A stretch of 63,921 nt of DNA, counting the filler, from Octopus bimaculoides (lineage: Eukaryota), in NCBI RefSeq assembly GCF_001194135.2. It is 3 parts of 3 records of this genome, joined end to end, with 100 filler letters (N's around TTAATTAATTAA, not from the genome) between each part and the next. Parts side by side here need not be neighbours in the genome. Positions count along the whole stretch, not along the records: positions 1 to 30,895 come from NC_068987.1; 2 more parts are not named here. One strand, given 5' to 3'. This document shows, piece after piece, positions 12,814 through 25,800 of this stretch (within the stretch, counting starts at the first letter, position 1; the number at the start of each line of letters is the position of its first letter). The translations under genes were made by a program, and so were the position numbers. A model generated the notes under the pieces. It saw only the letters and a list, made by a program, of their open reading frames with translations. It did no database searches and was not told the origin of the DNA.

Positions 12814-13732
12814 CGTGTGTGATATGGAAAAACGTAGGAGTGCTGTTGAAATATATGCATATGTACATTAGTAACATACATACAGGCATACCCACACACA
12901 CATACATATATAAATATAAATATAAATGTTTGTGCGTATGTGTGTGTGCGTGTGTGTGTTTGTGTGCGTGTGTGTGTGAATGTACTTGCGCGCGTGTGTG
13001 TGAGCATTTTTATGTATATGCGTGATATCTTCGAACGTACGTATGTGTGTATGTACACGTGCGCGTGAGTGTGCATGCGTATGTAAGAGATGCTATTTAT
13101 CTGGAATATCTGTGTGCATATATTTACTAGTGTTGATTAATGAGTAAAATGTTTCATACGCAGGTACACTTGTGTCACTCTCAATGAAGTTATGCTTATG
13201 TTTTGTAGGTGTTTGTAATTTTCTTTGTTTCTGATGTCACTGTATTAGCTTGCATGTTCTATGTAATTCGTTATGCGTGGGTTTGCTTTTGTTCTCTATC
13301 TTTGTATAGTAGCAGACTTCTCATTCTGTATTTGAGTTTTGTATACCTGAACATTTGTGCGTTTTCGTGTGTAAGAACATATTTTATTGTGAAATAATTT
13401 GAAAATACGAAGTTCTTGTATGTGATAGTTTGTACAAGTTTATGGGTGAACTTTATATTGTGTGGGTTATTTGAAAGCAATCATGTGTTATATATCTTAG
13501 AAAGACAGTGGGTTGGGAAAGTACAACGTCCGAAAAAATTACTCATAGTATTTCTTCAGGCTATTTACTTTCGGAATATAAATTCCACTGCGGTGAATTT
13601 TGCTTTTCTTCTTCTTCCTGGAATCCATAATATAATGAAGTATTTAAATACTGGATTCGAAGAAATCGATTAGTGGTATTTTTCCAAAATTGCTAGTATT
13701 CTGACTTAATTTAAATTCATTAGTAAGCGGTG

Positions 13733-14125
13733 GGGAGGTACAATGGCCCAGTGGTTAGGGCAGCGGACTTGCTGTCATAGGATTGCGGTTTCGATTCCCA
13801 GACCCGGCTTTGTGAGTGTTTATTGAGCGAAAACACCTAAAGCACAACGAGGCTCCGGCAGGGGATGGTGGTGAACCCTGCTGTACTCTTTCACCACAAC
13901 TTTCTCTCACTCTTACTTCCTGTTTCTGTTGTGCCTGTAATTCAAAGGGTCAGCCTTATCACACTGTGTCACGTTGAATATCCCCGAGAACTACGTTAAG
14001 GGTACACGTGTCTGTGGAGTGCTCAGCCACTTGTACGTTAATTTCACGAGCAGGCTGTTCCGTTAATCGGATCAACTGGAACCCTCGATGTCGTAAGCGA
14101 CGGAGTGCCAACACACACACACAGA
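13733..14125 (+). mobile_element. SINE family B, full length (reference copy)
   Basis: tRNA-like head (A-box tggcccagtggttaggg, B-box ggtttcgattccc), 3' module ending gacggagtgccaacacac; 8-bp TSD aagcggtg at 13725-13732 and 14126-14133. Confidence 0.95.
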
Positions 14126-14872
14126 AAGCGGTGAATTGGCAGAAAATCGACGGGAAATGCTTTGCTGATATCTGTTAGGGCTCTTTACGTCCTAAGTTCA
14201 AAAGCTGCTGATCTCAACATGTTTGAAACAACAATATATTCTGTTCTTCTCAGAACAATAACAGCAATAGAAAATAGAATGGCCATACGAATTCGAATAT
14301 TAATTATTGTTGTATGAAGCATTGTGCATCCGAAATCGCTCACTTTCAAAAGCAAACAATAAACCAGCAATCATCAATAAGGTTCAGTGTAAAGTTATCT
14401 GCTATTTAAAGCCATCTTGTTTTAATTTAAATACCAAACTGTCTTTCCGTCATCCTTTCTCTCTCTGTTTCTTTCTCAATCTCTATGTTTTTTCTCCCTC
14501 CCTAACTCCCTAACTCCCCCCTCTCTCTCAACTCTCTCAATATGCGTATGTGAATGTCCGTACATAAATATCCTCCTATTTTTCTACTCATCTACTCAAG
14601 CGATGTAGCGACTAATTATTTTTCTAGCAACTTCTCCTCCAGTCCTTTTATCTAGCTATCTCACTGTCTGTCTTTCTGTCTATCTGACGGTTTGTCTGTT
14701 TGTCGATCGATCTTTATATCTATTTATTTGCATGTATCTATACATTCTTATGTTTACTCTAAAAGTATGGTTAAGCATTAAAACCTCAAAAAAGAAAAAA
14801 CAAAAAAAAAAAAGAGTCGACCATTTGTTGGTTATTGTCTGCCACTTTAATTATACGATATCTAAAGACCCC

Positions 14873-15085
14873 GAGGCGGCGAGCTGGCAAAAACATTAGC
14901 ATGCCGGGCGCAATGCTTAGCGGTATTTCGTCTGTCTTTTTGTTCTGAGTTCAAATTCCGACGAGGTCGACTTTGCCTTTCATCTTTTCGGGGTCGATAA
15001 AGTAAGCACCAGATGCGTACCGGGATCGATCTAATCGACTAGCTCCCTCCCCACAAATTTCGGGCCTTGTGCATAGAGTAGAAAA
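14873..15085 (+). mobile_element. SINE family A, full length (reference copy)
   Basis: aggcggcgagctggc...gttctgagttcaaattccgacgaggtcgactttgcc...agtagaaaa; flanking duplication gatatctaaa at 14857-14866 and 15086-15095. Confidence 0.93.
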
Positions 15086-15429
15086 GATATCTAAAAGCCC
15101 TTAGTTATACGGATGCTACTTTTAACCATACACTTACAAATACACGCTTACCCACGCTCACTACACACACACACATGCGCGCCCATGTATATTTGCATAA
15201 TATATGCATATATTTGAGTGTATAGAAAGCGTTCGGACATATATGACGAGTTTTATGTCCCCTTTCAGGTAGAGGTTTATGTACTGGTAAACAGTCAACG
15301 GTGCTCGAAAACAAAAAATTAAAGCAGTAGTTGAGAAGAGGTTAGCTGATACGGAGGAGGGGAAACATCTGAATATTGGAAAAAGTTATTTGTTTCGTGA
15401 TGATCCGTGCCAGGTATCAAACCGACACC

Positions 15430-15810
15430 ATGACTTGCTGTTGAATACTCTGTGCGCACTGTAAAGGCTGTAAGACGTGCCATGGACGACATGAAAACAT
15501 ATTTCCACCAAATTGTGATGACCTTTGGGTGTGTCTTCAGTGAGGGTTACTTCATCCTCGACCCCCACACTCCCAAATATAGTCGGCTAGGTGAAGCTTC
15601 GGGAGACTGGTCAAACCTTGGCTGGAGAAGTTTTCTACTGGAAGGCCTTATGTATAACAGCAGGATTTGGATCCTTGCCAAACCTTTAGGAATGGTCAGA
15701 AGTGGTTGTCGGAGGATTTCTATGACTTCACTAGCCTCAATTTCTGGGCCCCTTGTTCATCTGATTGTCATCCTATAGACTACTATTTGCGGAGCACGGG
15801 TGAGAAAGGC
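15430..15810 (+). mobile_element. Tc1/mariner-superfamily transposase fragment (DD37D/maT-like catalytic region), frameshifted
   Basis: MTFGCVFSEG, VKPWLEKFSTGRPYV*QQDLDPCQT..QKWLSEDFYDFTSLNFWAPCSSDCHPIDYY match the QQDSAPCH and WPPNSPDxNPxD motifs. Confidence 0.75.
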
Positions 15811-15838
15811 AGCAAAGAGTTATATTTAGCCCGAAGAC

Positions 15839-15876
<38 letters not shown>

Positions 15877-15996
15877 TACACACAGAGTCTCTCTGTCTCT
15901 CTCTCTTACACACACACACACATACACACTCACACATGTACACACACACACACCTGTATATATATTTCTACATATAAATATTATGTACGTACGTAC

Positions 15997-16062
<66 letters not shown>

Positions 16063-16078
16063 ATATATATATATATCA

Positions 16079-16390
16079 TTGTCAATAAATGTGACCAAGG
16101 AGGTTAGAAACACCTATATTGCTAGAAATAAGAGCTAAATCGCTCTAATGCTGCGATCAAAGCACATAACTGTATACATAGATACCAACTGCGTAAACGC
16201 TCGGCAGCAGCGGTCGAGATATCCCCATACTGATCAGTCAGTTTCGGCTTTTCGTCGTAGCCTCTTCAATGGGGTCGGCTCGACTCGGTTGATTCCGCTT
16301 TGACCGCAGCATAGAACGTTTTAGCTCTTATTTGTAGTAATGTATGTGTTTCTAACACTCTTAGTCATATTTAATGACAAGTATAGTTTC
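16079..16390. mobile_element. MITE-like element, copy 1, with ~70-bp imperfect TIRs
   Basis: Left ttgtcaataaat...gctagaaataagagctaaatcgctc versus right gaacgttttagctcttatttgtag...taatgacaa. Confidence 0.7.
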
Positions 16391-16527
16391 CCTTTACGTA
16401 AAACATTGCAAACCGCTGCCTCTGTTAATTATTTGTATACACATTAGCTAAATCATTTGTATAATTATTTGTATACACATTTGCTAAATCATCCATAGAT
16501 TACTATGGTGTATACCATCAGTATACT

Positions 16528-16755
16528 GTCAGCCGAGTCGAGCCGACACCACTGAAAAGACTAATGAGAAAAACCGAAACTTACCGATCAGTATGGGGAT
16601 ATCTCGACAGCTGCTTCCGGGTGATACGGTCCCTGTTAGTATGTATGTATAGAATTATGTGCTTGAAACACAATATTTGAGCGTTTTAGCTCTTATTTCT
16701 TGCAATGTAGGTTTTTCTAATACCCTCAGTCTTATCTAATGACAATTGTAGTTTC
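16528..16755. mobile_element. MITE-like element, copy 2 (inverted relative to copy 1, truncated)
   Basis: Reverse complement aligns to 16079-16290, e.g. gtcgagatatccccatactgatc and gtcggctcgactcgg. Confidence 0.75.
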
Positions 16756-16912
16756 GCTTTTCGTTCTGAGATCAAATTCTGCCCAGGTCGACTTAATTAT
16801 CCATCCCTTCGAGGCCGATAAATGAAGTAACACTGAAACACTGGGGTCCTTGTAATCGGCTTGCTCCTTCCTTGAAATTCTTGGCCTTGAGCCAAAATTT
16901 GAAATCATTATT
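16756..16912 (+). mobile_element. SINE family A (5'-truncated)
   Basis: gttctgagatcaaattctgcccaggtcgac...cactggggtccttgtaatcg. Confidence 0.8.
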
Positions 16913-17440
16913 GCTGGCCTTCTACAAAAAATCTGAGATCGTTATTGTTGTTGCATATATGAATACAATTATATAAATAGTAACAAGATGAATAGAAATC
17001 CGAAAAATAAAACAAAATGCGATGGTTACAGATGCAGGGTAAAAGTGTATGCATTTTCAAATATTACAATATATGCGTACATACTATTAAATGTTTCTAG
17101 AAATACTGTAGATTATTAGATACACAGTTCAGTAATGTGTAACTTGTAGGTTTTTTTTTCTTCAGAGTTTGTTATTTCACGTAATGTCCATAATAATTAT
17201 TAAACCTAATGACGATAATAATTAGCAGTTGATATATCGGAACTTAAGAAATCCAGAAATAGATTTAGTAGACGCTACTTATTATTAATTCAAATTATTT
17301 CCTTATTTTGTTTTTTCATTTATTTCCGTTACGCCATAAGCACCTCTGAGAGATACCAACAGTTTATAATTTATAGCCTTGAGTCGTGTTACTTGTAAGT
17401 TATATATCTTTCGTTTATGTTTTAGTGTTTGGGTCATAGA

Positions 17441-17790
17441 ACAACGACCATGCTGGGGCACCTCCCTTAAGGGTTTAGTTTAAAAAAAAAGAAAATAAAT
17501 CGCAATAGCTGTTCTTTATTAAGTCCAGTACTTAATCTATCGGTCACATTTGTGCAACTGCCAAGGCATGGTGAGGGCACGAAACGAATACTGGTTGTCA
17601 AAGAAAAACACACACACTCTCTCTCTCTCTTCCACATATACACATACACGCACATACACACATACGACCTAAGATAGTGTAGGCCCGAGGCGATAGTAGG
17701 AGGCACTCGCCCAATGTGCCATGCAGTGGGACTGAACTTGAAAACATCTGGTTGGAAAGTAAACATTTTATCACACATCCACACCTGTCT
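17441..17790 (-). mobile_element. SINE family C (degenerate)
   Basis: Homologous to 57058-57467, including the internal dinucleotide tract. Confidence 0.8.
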
Positions 17791-18767
17791 CTGTAATAAT
17801 TCTTAGTGTGAAAACTGCTTAAGTTACAATTCTCGGTCTCAGATGTTAGATTCTTGTCAAGAGAATTATTATAAACAGGTTTAAGTTTTTGCAGAGGAGA
17901 TAAAACTGCAGTGTTGTGTGATTTTTAAAAATAAAATATATGTAATCGTATTGTGTTGTCTGTTTTTTGAGGTGTTTACGTGCCTGTGCGGGTTAGTGTG
18001 TGTTTGTGTGTGTGTGTGTGTTTTCTTGTCTAAGACAAAGACTACCATATTAAAATGATGTTAGTATTGGACTCATTAACTGTGTTTTGAATAAGTATTG
18101 CTTCACAGCTCCTTCAACTGAAGACGGTCAGAAATTCTGACACTTCGTTAAGTTTGATGTACTTATGAACAATTAGAACATAGAACTGATTGTATAAACC
18201 CCAGTGAAGTTGCAGAAGGTTAAATGAAGTCGTCTGTTGAAGATCTGTAAAGGTTAGAATTCAGGAGCAATAGACGCATTAATGAAAGGAATAATATAAC
18301 CAATTCAGGAATACTTGAAAATATGAAATTCGAAAAGAGAAATCATATACTGCTAAATAATAAAATTTCCATAATTCATAGAGATTCATGATAGACTTTT
18401 AAGAAAAATAAATGAAGTAGTACATATAAGACTTGCGAGTAACCCAGGCAGTATGTCCAGCCCTGGCATCAGTGTAATATATGTCTCGTAACTTAAAAAT
18501 AACTTTAAAAACGCTAAAACTAAATTTATATNNNNNNNNNNNNNNNNNNNNNNNNNNNNNNNNNNNNNNNNNNNNNNNNNNNNNNNNNNNNNNNNNNNNN
18601 NNNNNNNNNNNNNNNNNNNNNNNNNNNNNNNNNNNNNNNNNNNNNNNNNNNNNNNNNNNNNNNNNNNNNNNNNNNNNNNNNNNNNNNNNNNNNNNNNNNN
18701 NNNNNNNNNNNNNNNNNNNNNNNNNNNNNNNNNNNNNNNNNNNNNNNNNNNNNNNNNNNNNNNNNNN

Positions 18768-19078
18768 GACCCCAAGACTTATTCTTTGTAAGCCTAGTAC
18801 TTATTCTATCGGTCTCTTTTACCGAACAACTAAGTTACGGGGACGTAAACACACCATCATCGGTTGTCAAGCTATGTTGGTGCGGACAGACACACAAACA
18901 TATATACACACATACATATATACGACGGACTTCTTTCAGTTTCGGTCTACCAAATCCACTCACAAGGCTTTGGTCGGCCCGAGGCTATAGTAGAAGACAC
19001 TTGACCAAAGTGCCACGCAGTGGGACTGAACCAGGAACCATGTGGTTGGTAAACAAGCTACTTACCACACAGCCACAA
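18768..19078 (-). mobile_element. SINE family C
   Basis: cttctttcagtttcggtctaccaaatccactcacaaggctttggtcggcccgaggctatag; 3' end lost in the gap. Confidence 0.92.
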
Positions 19079-19166
19079 CAATAACACATGTTAGACTCTT
19101 GATAATTTCTATATCTGCACTGCAAATTTATATTGAGCGAGAAGGAGAAATAAAATGCACATAATA

Positions 19167-19717
19167 CAGAGTTATTAAAAAAGAATGAACCGATTTCATT
19201 ACGAACTATTTTCATTAGGGAAAAGCAATAGAAAACTCCAGCTAGACACAAGTATTTTTACTCACAATCAACTTTTATTTCCTGTCTTACAAGTGTTCAA
19301 TGTAGCCACCACCTGCAGTACGGGCAACATCAATGCGATAAGAGAATTCCTCCCAAACGCGTATCAGCATATCACGATCCACTGTGTTGATCGCTGTTGT
19401 CATTCGATGTTTAAAGTAATCGAGGTAAGTGGGTAGCGGTGGAACATAAACGCGATCTTTTACATATACCCACAAGAAAAAAATCACACACCGTGAGGTC
19501 TGGGGATCTCGTAGGCCAAGCAGATACGCGTTTGGGAGGTATTCTCTTATCGCATTGATGTTTTCCACTGCAGGTGGTGGCCATAGTGAAAACTTGTAAG
19601 GCTGGAAATAAAATTTGATTGTGAGTAAATACTTGTGACTTAGCTGGAGTTTTCTATTGCTTTTGCTTATTAAAATAGTGCGTAATGAAATCAGTTCATT
19701 CTCTTTAAATAACCCTG
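19167..19717 (-). mobile_element. Non-autonomous Tc1/mariner derivative with ~195-bp TIRs and TA TSD
   Basis: TA at 19165-19166 and 19718-19719; CAG(A/G)GTTATT termini; arms 19167-19365 and 19523-19717. The interior encodes a transposase C-terminus: (W)PTRSPDLTVCDFFLWVYVKDRVYVPPLPT...RVWEEFSYRIDVARTAGGGYIEH. Confidence 0.9.
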
Positions 19718-19924
19718 TATATCAAGAGATCTGGAAAAGGAGAGCGAAAACCATTTCAGCTGAGGTGGTAAGTTGTAGTAATAATCGAATGTAGAATCAA
19801 AGGTTTTTATCATGTACCCAGCTTGACTATAACTATTATAATGTATCTGTTTACTCGCTTTCATCCAGACTTCAACAAATTAATTGATAAGTAATGATGA
19901 AAACACGAAGAACATTAGGTAGTC

Positions 19925-20200
19925 TGCGAGTGGATACTCAAAAGAAACAGGAATTTTGCTATATTATTTCATTCGCTTAATCTTACATGTATTCTCCCTT
20001 TGAAGCAATGCATCGGTTCAGACGCGTTTTCCATTGTTCGAAGCAGAGCTGAAACTCTTGCAAAGTGATGCCATTTAACGTCTCCGTTGCTCTTTTCTTC
20101 ACCTCTTCCATATCTGCAAAACGTTTTCCTTTAAGGCCTTTTTTCATTCTGCGGAACAAATAAAAGACGCAGGGAGCAAGGTAGGGTGAATAGGGATAAG
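19925..20200 (-). mobile_element. Mariner transposase C-terminal fragment
   Basis: PYSPYLAPCVFYLFRRMKKGLKGKRFADMEEVKKRATETLNGITLQEFQLCFEQWKTRLNRCIASKGEY. Confidence 0.85.
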
Positions 20201-20769
20201 CAGGGTCATGTAATTTTTGGTCAGAAACTGTGTCGCATAATTATTATTCAGAGAGAGAACAGCGCATGCCATCAAAGTGACACGGGGTAACATGATTACC
20301 CGTCATGCATCATAACAATATGTGTGCGACATGGTGATGTCATGTTAAGATACACAGCACACAATCTAGCAGGCGGGGCTCAGTTAAGAATTTTCTTGAG
20401 GTTGAAAATCCCATACCTCTCAAAAGGTACCTGAATAAGAGTTGTTTAAGGATGTTGAACGAAACACCTATGTTTCCAGGTGTGAATTATTCAAACCTCA
20501 AAGAATTCCTCTCAACACATGGCCATGATGCTCCCCCACTACTTCTGCTCAGGATCAGAGATGCACATATTTTCAGACACCAAGGGGCATGCTCAACTGG
20601 CTAAGGACGAACAATTCACAAGCAAATCTGTAGTATTGAGCAGAATATTTACTGTAGCTCATCTTTTATGTCAAGATCAAACCAATGCACATGATAACAC
20701 ATCCAATCAGTTAAGATCAGAAGCCATGAGAGCCAGTGCCTGGTATTGCATCACGGCATTTATTACTGT

Positions 20770-20770
20770 T

Positions 20771-20851
<81 letters not shown>

Positions 20852-22200
20852 TTTATTTTTATTTTTATTTATTTATTTTATGTCTGACTTTTGCTTTACA
20901 TTTGTACAAGTTGGCTCCAAGTCTCACTCAGAGACCTCAAGAGTTANNNNNNNNNNNNNNNNNNNNNNNNNNNNNNNNNNNNNNNNNNNNNNNNNNNNNN
21001 NNNNNNNNNNNNNNNNNNNNNNNNNNNNNNNNNNNNNNNNNNNNNNNNNNNNNNNNNNNNNNNNNNNNNNNNNNNNNNNNNNNNNNNNNNNNNNNNNNNN
21101 NNNNNNNNNNNNNNNNNNNNNNNNNNNNNNNNNNNNNNNNNNNNNNNNNNNNNNNNNNNNNNNNNNNNNNNNNNNNNNNNNNNNNNNNNNNNNNNNNNNN
21201 NNNNNNNNNNNNNNNNNNNNNNNNNNNNNNNNNNNNNNNNNNNNNNNNNNNNNNNNNNNNNNNNNNNNNNNNNNNNNNNNNNNNNNNNNNNNNNNNNNNN
21301 NNNNNNNNNNNNNNNNNNNNNNNNNNNNTAGGTCTTGACACATACGTTTATATCGATTGGGACAGTCATATGAATGAGGAGGCATGACTTTTGTCTGAAG
21401 TCTTTCAATATGATGTCTGACCTATTTGCATCTATCTTTCTGTCAGTTTAAATGAGGAAGTTCCAGAGAAGTGAGATGCGATCATTTCCAATCACTGGAG
21501 GTGCTATTGTGTTCCCACCAGTTTTTATCATGGGGCAAGTCCAGGTTTTTGCAAATTACGCAGTGAATATATTGTGCAGCTCTATCATGCCTGTTGAGAT
21601 ACTCTGTAGGCGCAAGAAGACTGCACATGGAGACAACATGATCAATGGTTTCATTTTGTTGTTGACATACACGACATGTTGGGAAACTGCCTTTCATTAA
21701 TATGTTGGCCTGGTAGTTATTTGTTGTAGTCATTGATCTTGGGCTGCTGTGATAAATCCTTCTGTTTCAGATTTTAAGCCAGGAGCCATTAGCCATTCAT
21801 GGGTAGGGGCATTGTCAACATCGGCATTATTTGCTCTCTTTGGGTATTTGCTATTGAGAGGTTTTTCTTGCCATTTATCAGTCAATCTAAGGCAGCAGTT
21901 TTAGCACGGTTTTTCATGCGCTTAGCTTTTTCTACGCTTGTTTCTCGTATGTATAATTCCAGAATTTCTTGTATTTGGAATTCACTTTGATATTCCTTTG
22001 TCCGGTTTGTTACTGAGTATGATGCTTTCTTGTTTTCATGTTTTGAGACAAGTTTTAACACTCAGTCTTCAGAGTTTTTCAGGTAGGTGTCTAGGCCATT
22101 GTGAATGCCTGTTGTGAAAGTCCACGGCCTCCCTCTTTTCTTGGCAGATAAAGTCGTTCTATATCTGTCTTAGGGTGGTGCATTCTATGCATTGTCAACA
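20770..22200 (-). mobile_element. R4/Dong-like RLE LINE, family 1, 5'-truncated, with (TAA)n tail; spans gap 20947-21328
   Basis: MHHPKTDIERLYLPRKEGGRGL; CCHC knuckle CRVCQQQNETIDHVVSMC; RHDRAAQY; RLE region DANRSDIILKDFRQKSCLLIHMTVP; ends in (AAT)n at ~20770-20860. Confidence 0.88.
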
Positions 22201-24462
22201 GTTTATTATTATTATTATGAGTGAGTGTGCAGTGCATGCCATCAAAGTGACACTGGGGTAAAATATACGAAGCCCATTATACCCCTCATGACTACCCATC
22301 TAATAAGGGTACACCAGGCACATGTATAACTGGATGCATTATCACTGCTGAATCCCAGAATTTCCGGGGTTTTCAGAATTTGCAATATATGCTCTATTCC
22401 ATGAGATCAGACCTAAGTTCTTCAAGCCTAGGTTTATGTACACGTGACATTCTACAGAGCTCCCAGCCACCCCTTATTACCCAGACATATAATGATCTGC
22501 AAGCTATGCTTAAAATATGTGTGAGATGAAAGTTGCTCTGTTTCGTCTGAGATTTAGCTGTAGCATTCTTCGATCAGAACTGACCAGAGGTCACACAATA
22601 TCACACCAACAAAAATATTCAATTTTGCAGTCGAAGTGTATATTCTTTCTCACATTAGAAAGCTTTCCATGTGATCGGTCCAGGGCTACAGATGGTAGTA
22701 ACATTAAAACATTTCATGTGTTGAGTTTGTATAAAACACAGTAAGGGATTGTGGGAAGTGGAAGCAACAATAACCATGAGTTCATACATTTATTAAACAC
22801 ACACGAACACACACACACACATGCAAACTGACATATATACACATATATATTTGTGTATATGTGTATAGATATGTATACATATGAATACTGTCTAATATAT
22901 ATGAGTGTGTATGTATGTCTGTGAATGTATGTACAGACTTTGCAGGCTTCCCTTCCCTGCTCGAGCCGGCGGGTCGTACCCGAGGGAACGGAAAAAGGCC
23001 TTGTGATCTGAAAAATTTTCCGTTCTGTAGCCGTAGGTCAGTCATCTGCGATGCCACATGCTGTGACACCTTCTCCAGCGGCAACTTGGTGTGTTCATCT
23101 ATCTGCCCAGGCTCATATGCTTGTCAGGCTGAGAAAAGCAATCTCTCAAAGTATCGGTCGCTCTTTGACAAGTTTATGGTGGAGCCTGTGGTAGAGATGC
23201 GTATCTAGAAGTGCGAGCCCCGTGAGTCAGAGTGGCTGTTTGTGAGCATCTCTTTCACCATCCTCCGGGGCAACGCCTTTTCTATTTTGTCTGCTGGGGC
23301 CATGTGACAGTCTGAATTACAGGAAATCGAAAGAATATAAGAATTTCAGAGCTTACTACGCGAACAATATTATTTATGTTACAAACTTCAATCTGTGAGT
23401 GCCTGAGAGAAGTTAGCTTCACTAATCTATCGTTGACGGACACCTACAATGAAGACAACTGTAAAATTGTAACATTAAATCCAACAGCGTACCAAAGACG
23501 GTGGCTGCAGATAGTCATTCGATATGCTAAAAACCACAATGAAATATTCCGCAAATCACACTCGACCGTCTGTAAAAAAATTCAAACGTTGCTTTAAATA
23601 ATGTTGTGTTAGATACACACACCACGTCTGAACAAAAAGGAAAAAAAACTAATGAGATGATAACAACTAGAATATCTTTGATCATAGGTCTTCACTGTTA
23701 GGACTTTTCTTGATGGAAACGATTACAATAAAACCAACAGCAATACGAGAGCAATAAGAATTACAGAAAAATATGTAGGAAAGAAAATAACAGCAAAACT
23801 CTACCGTGATGAATATTACCACTAACAGCAACCACATGTACAATAATATTAAGAAAAAGAATAAAAATCACTAAGCACAAGAGGGACAGCAATGCCTTAA
23901 TAAGAGTTCTTTCCCTCCATACACAAATCACTTTAAGACGAAAATCAAAAATAAAAGAGACGAAAGAGTAATTCTCATGGACTGCCATCAGAGCTCAGTC
24001 GCAGAAGCCAACTAAAGACAAGCGCTTTACTGGGTGAAAAAGATAAAAAAAGATTATTCTCTGTGTCTTTCCGCCATGTTTCTTTTACAACGAAGAAATA
24101 AATGAATAAATACAACAACTAGTGGAAAATATAATAAAAAAATAAAAGATTTTATTGATTTTCGTAAACATGTAATTTCCCGGATACCGCCATCTTACTG
24201 TGCAGCAATAAATTGTCTTTCGTGTTGGGCTTTATTTCTTTGTATTGTTTGTTTGCATGTCCTTATTTGTGTGTTATATTTTATTTTCTTGTTAAATTAA
24301 TGTTGCTGCTGCTGTGGTCTTTATGTTTTCCGATGTTTTTTTTTTGTCTTTCTCTATTTCTATCTATATTTCTACTATGTACTTTACATCTGCTTTCAAA
24401 ATATTCATTAAAAATATATATTTATTTTTCTGCGTTATTATTACTATTATTGCTGTTGCTAA

Positions 24463-24470
24463 TAATAATG

Positions 24471-24526
<56 letters not shown>

Positions 24527-24553
24527 GATAACAACAACAACAACAACAACAAC

Positions 24554-24597
<44 letters not shown>

Positions 24598-24830
24598 AAG
24601 TAAAAGAAAAGTAGTGCATCATCAACGACAACAAGTAGAGTAACAGCAACAAGAACAACAATAATAATCTATAATAATATTGCTGATGTTCCCATAGTTA
24701 TGGCTCACTTTTGTTGAAGTTGTTTTTGAGTTATTACCATTTTTCTTTTTCTTCTTCTTCTTCTTCTTCTTCTTCTTCTTCTTCTTCTTCTTCTGCTTCT
24801 TCTTCTTCTTCTTCTTCTTATTATTATTAT

Positions 24831-24881
<51 letters not shown>

Positions 24882-24885
24882 CAGC

Positions 24886-24931
<46 letters not shown>

Positions 24932-24935
24932 TATC
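24463..24935. repeat. Compound trinucleotide arrays (AAT/AAC; CTT/ATT/AGT/AGC)
   Basis: Visible; a similar array lies at 25165-25500 (ATT/ATC/ACC/AGC). Confidence 0.95.
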
Positions 24936-25233
24936 ATCGGTATCAGCCATCACAATCACCGTCCTAATGGATATTATTTCTCTTAGTCTACTTCCCTCTT
25001 CTAGTTTATTTTTTCTTTTCCTTCATCTTCATCCTCCAACTCAACTCATTGTTTTCTCTCATTTTCCTCTCCCTTCTTCCACATCATTATCTTTTCTTTT
25101 TCTCCTTTTCTCCCTCTTACTATTTACATTCTGTGCTTAAATGTTTTTGTAGTCTTCTTGCTCTCATTATTATTGTCACTACGTTTATTTCTATTATCAT
25201 TATTATCATTACCCAAATCCCACGATTGTTAAA

Positions 25234-25289
<56 letters not shown>

Positions 25290-25761
25290 CCATTCTTCTT
25301 ATCATCATCACCAACACCAACACCACTACCACCACTATCACCGCCAGCAAATGCACCACTACCAGCATCAACAACAGCAGCAGCAGCACCACCACCACCA
25401 CCACCACCATCCTTCCCCCTTCCTCCTTCCTCCACCTCATTATATTATCATTATTATTATTATTATTACTTTTGCTATAATTATCATTAGCAATGTTATT
25501 TGTTATTACACACACACACACAGAAAAAAAAGACATGCGTATTTTACCTCTTTATACTTAACTTCCTTGCAGTAATAGCAAAACAGGATGCAGTGGAATT
25601 TATGTATTGCAGTGCATTTTAAGCCTGTAAACACCTATGGATTTATCATAGGTTTGCAGGAAAGACAGGAGCTAACTTGTGTAAATGGCTTTATTTTTCT
25701 AAATTTACATCTCATTGCCAACCAGTGAGAAAATAAAGGAAACTGCTCTTTTGTTTTTAGT

Positions 25762-25800
<39 letters not shown>

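Noticed and set aside
13733-13805. tRNA-like sequence with A and B boxes (and similar SINE heads)
   Set aside because: These are heads of multi-copy SINEs with TSDs, not cloverleaf tRNA genes.
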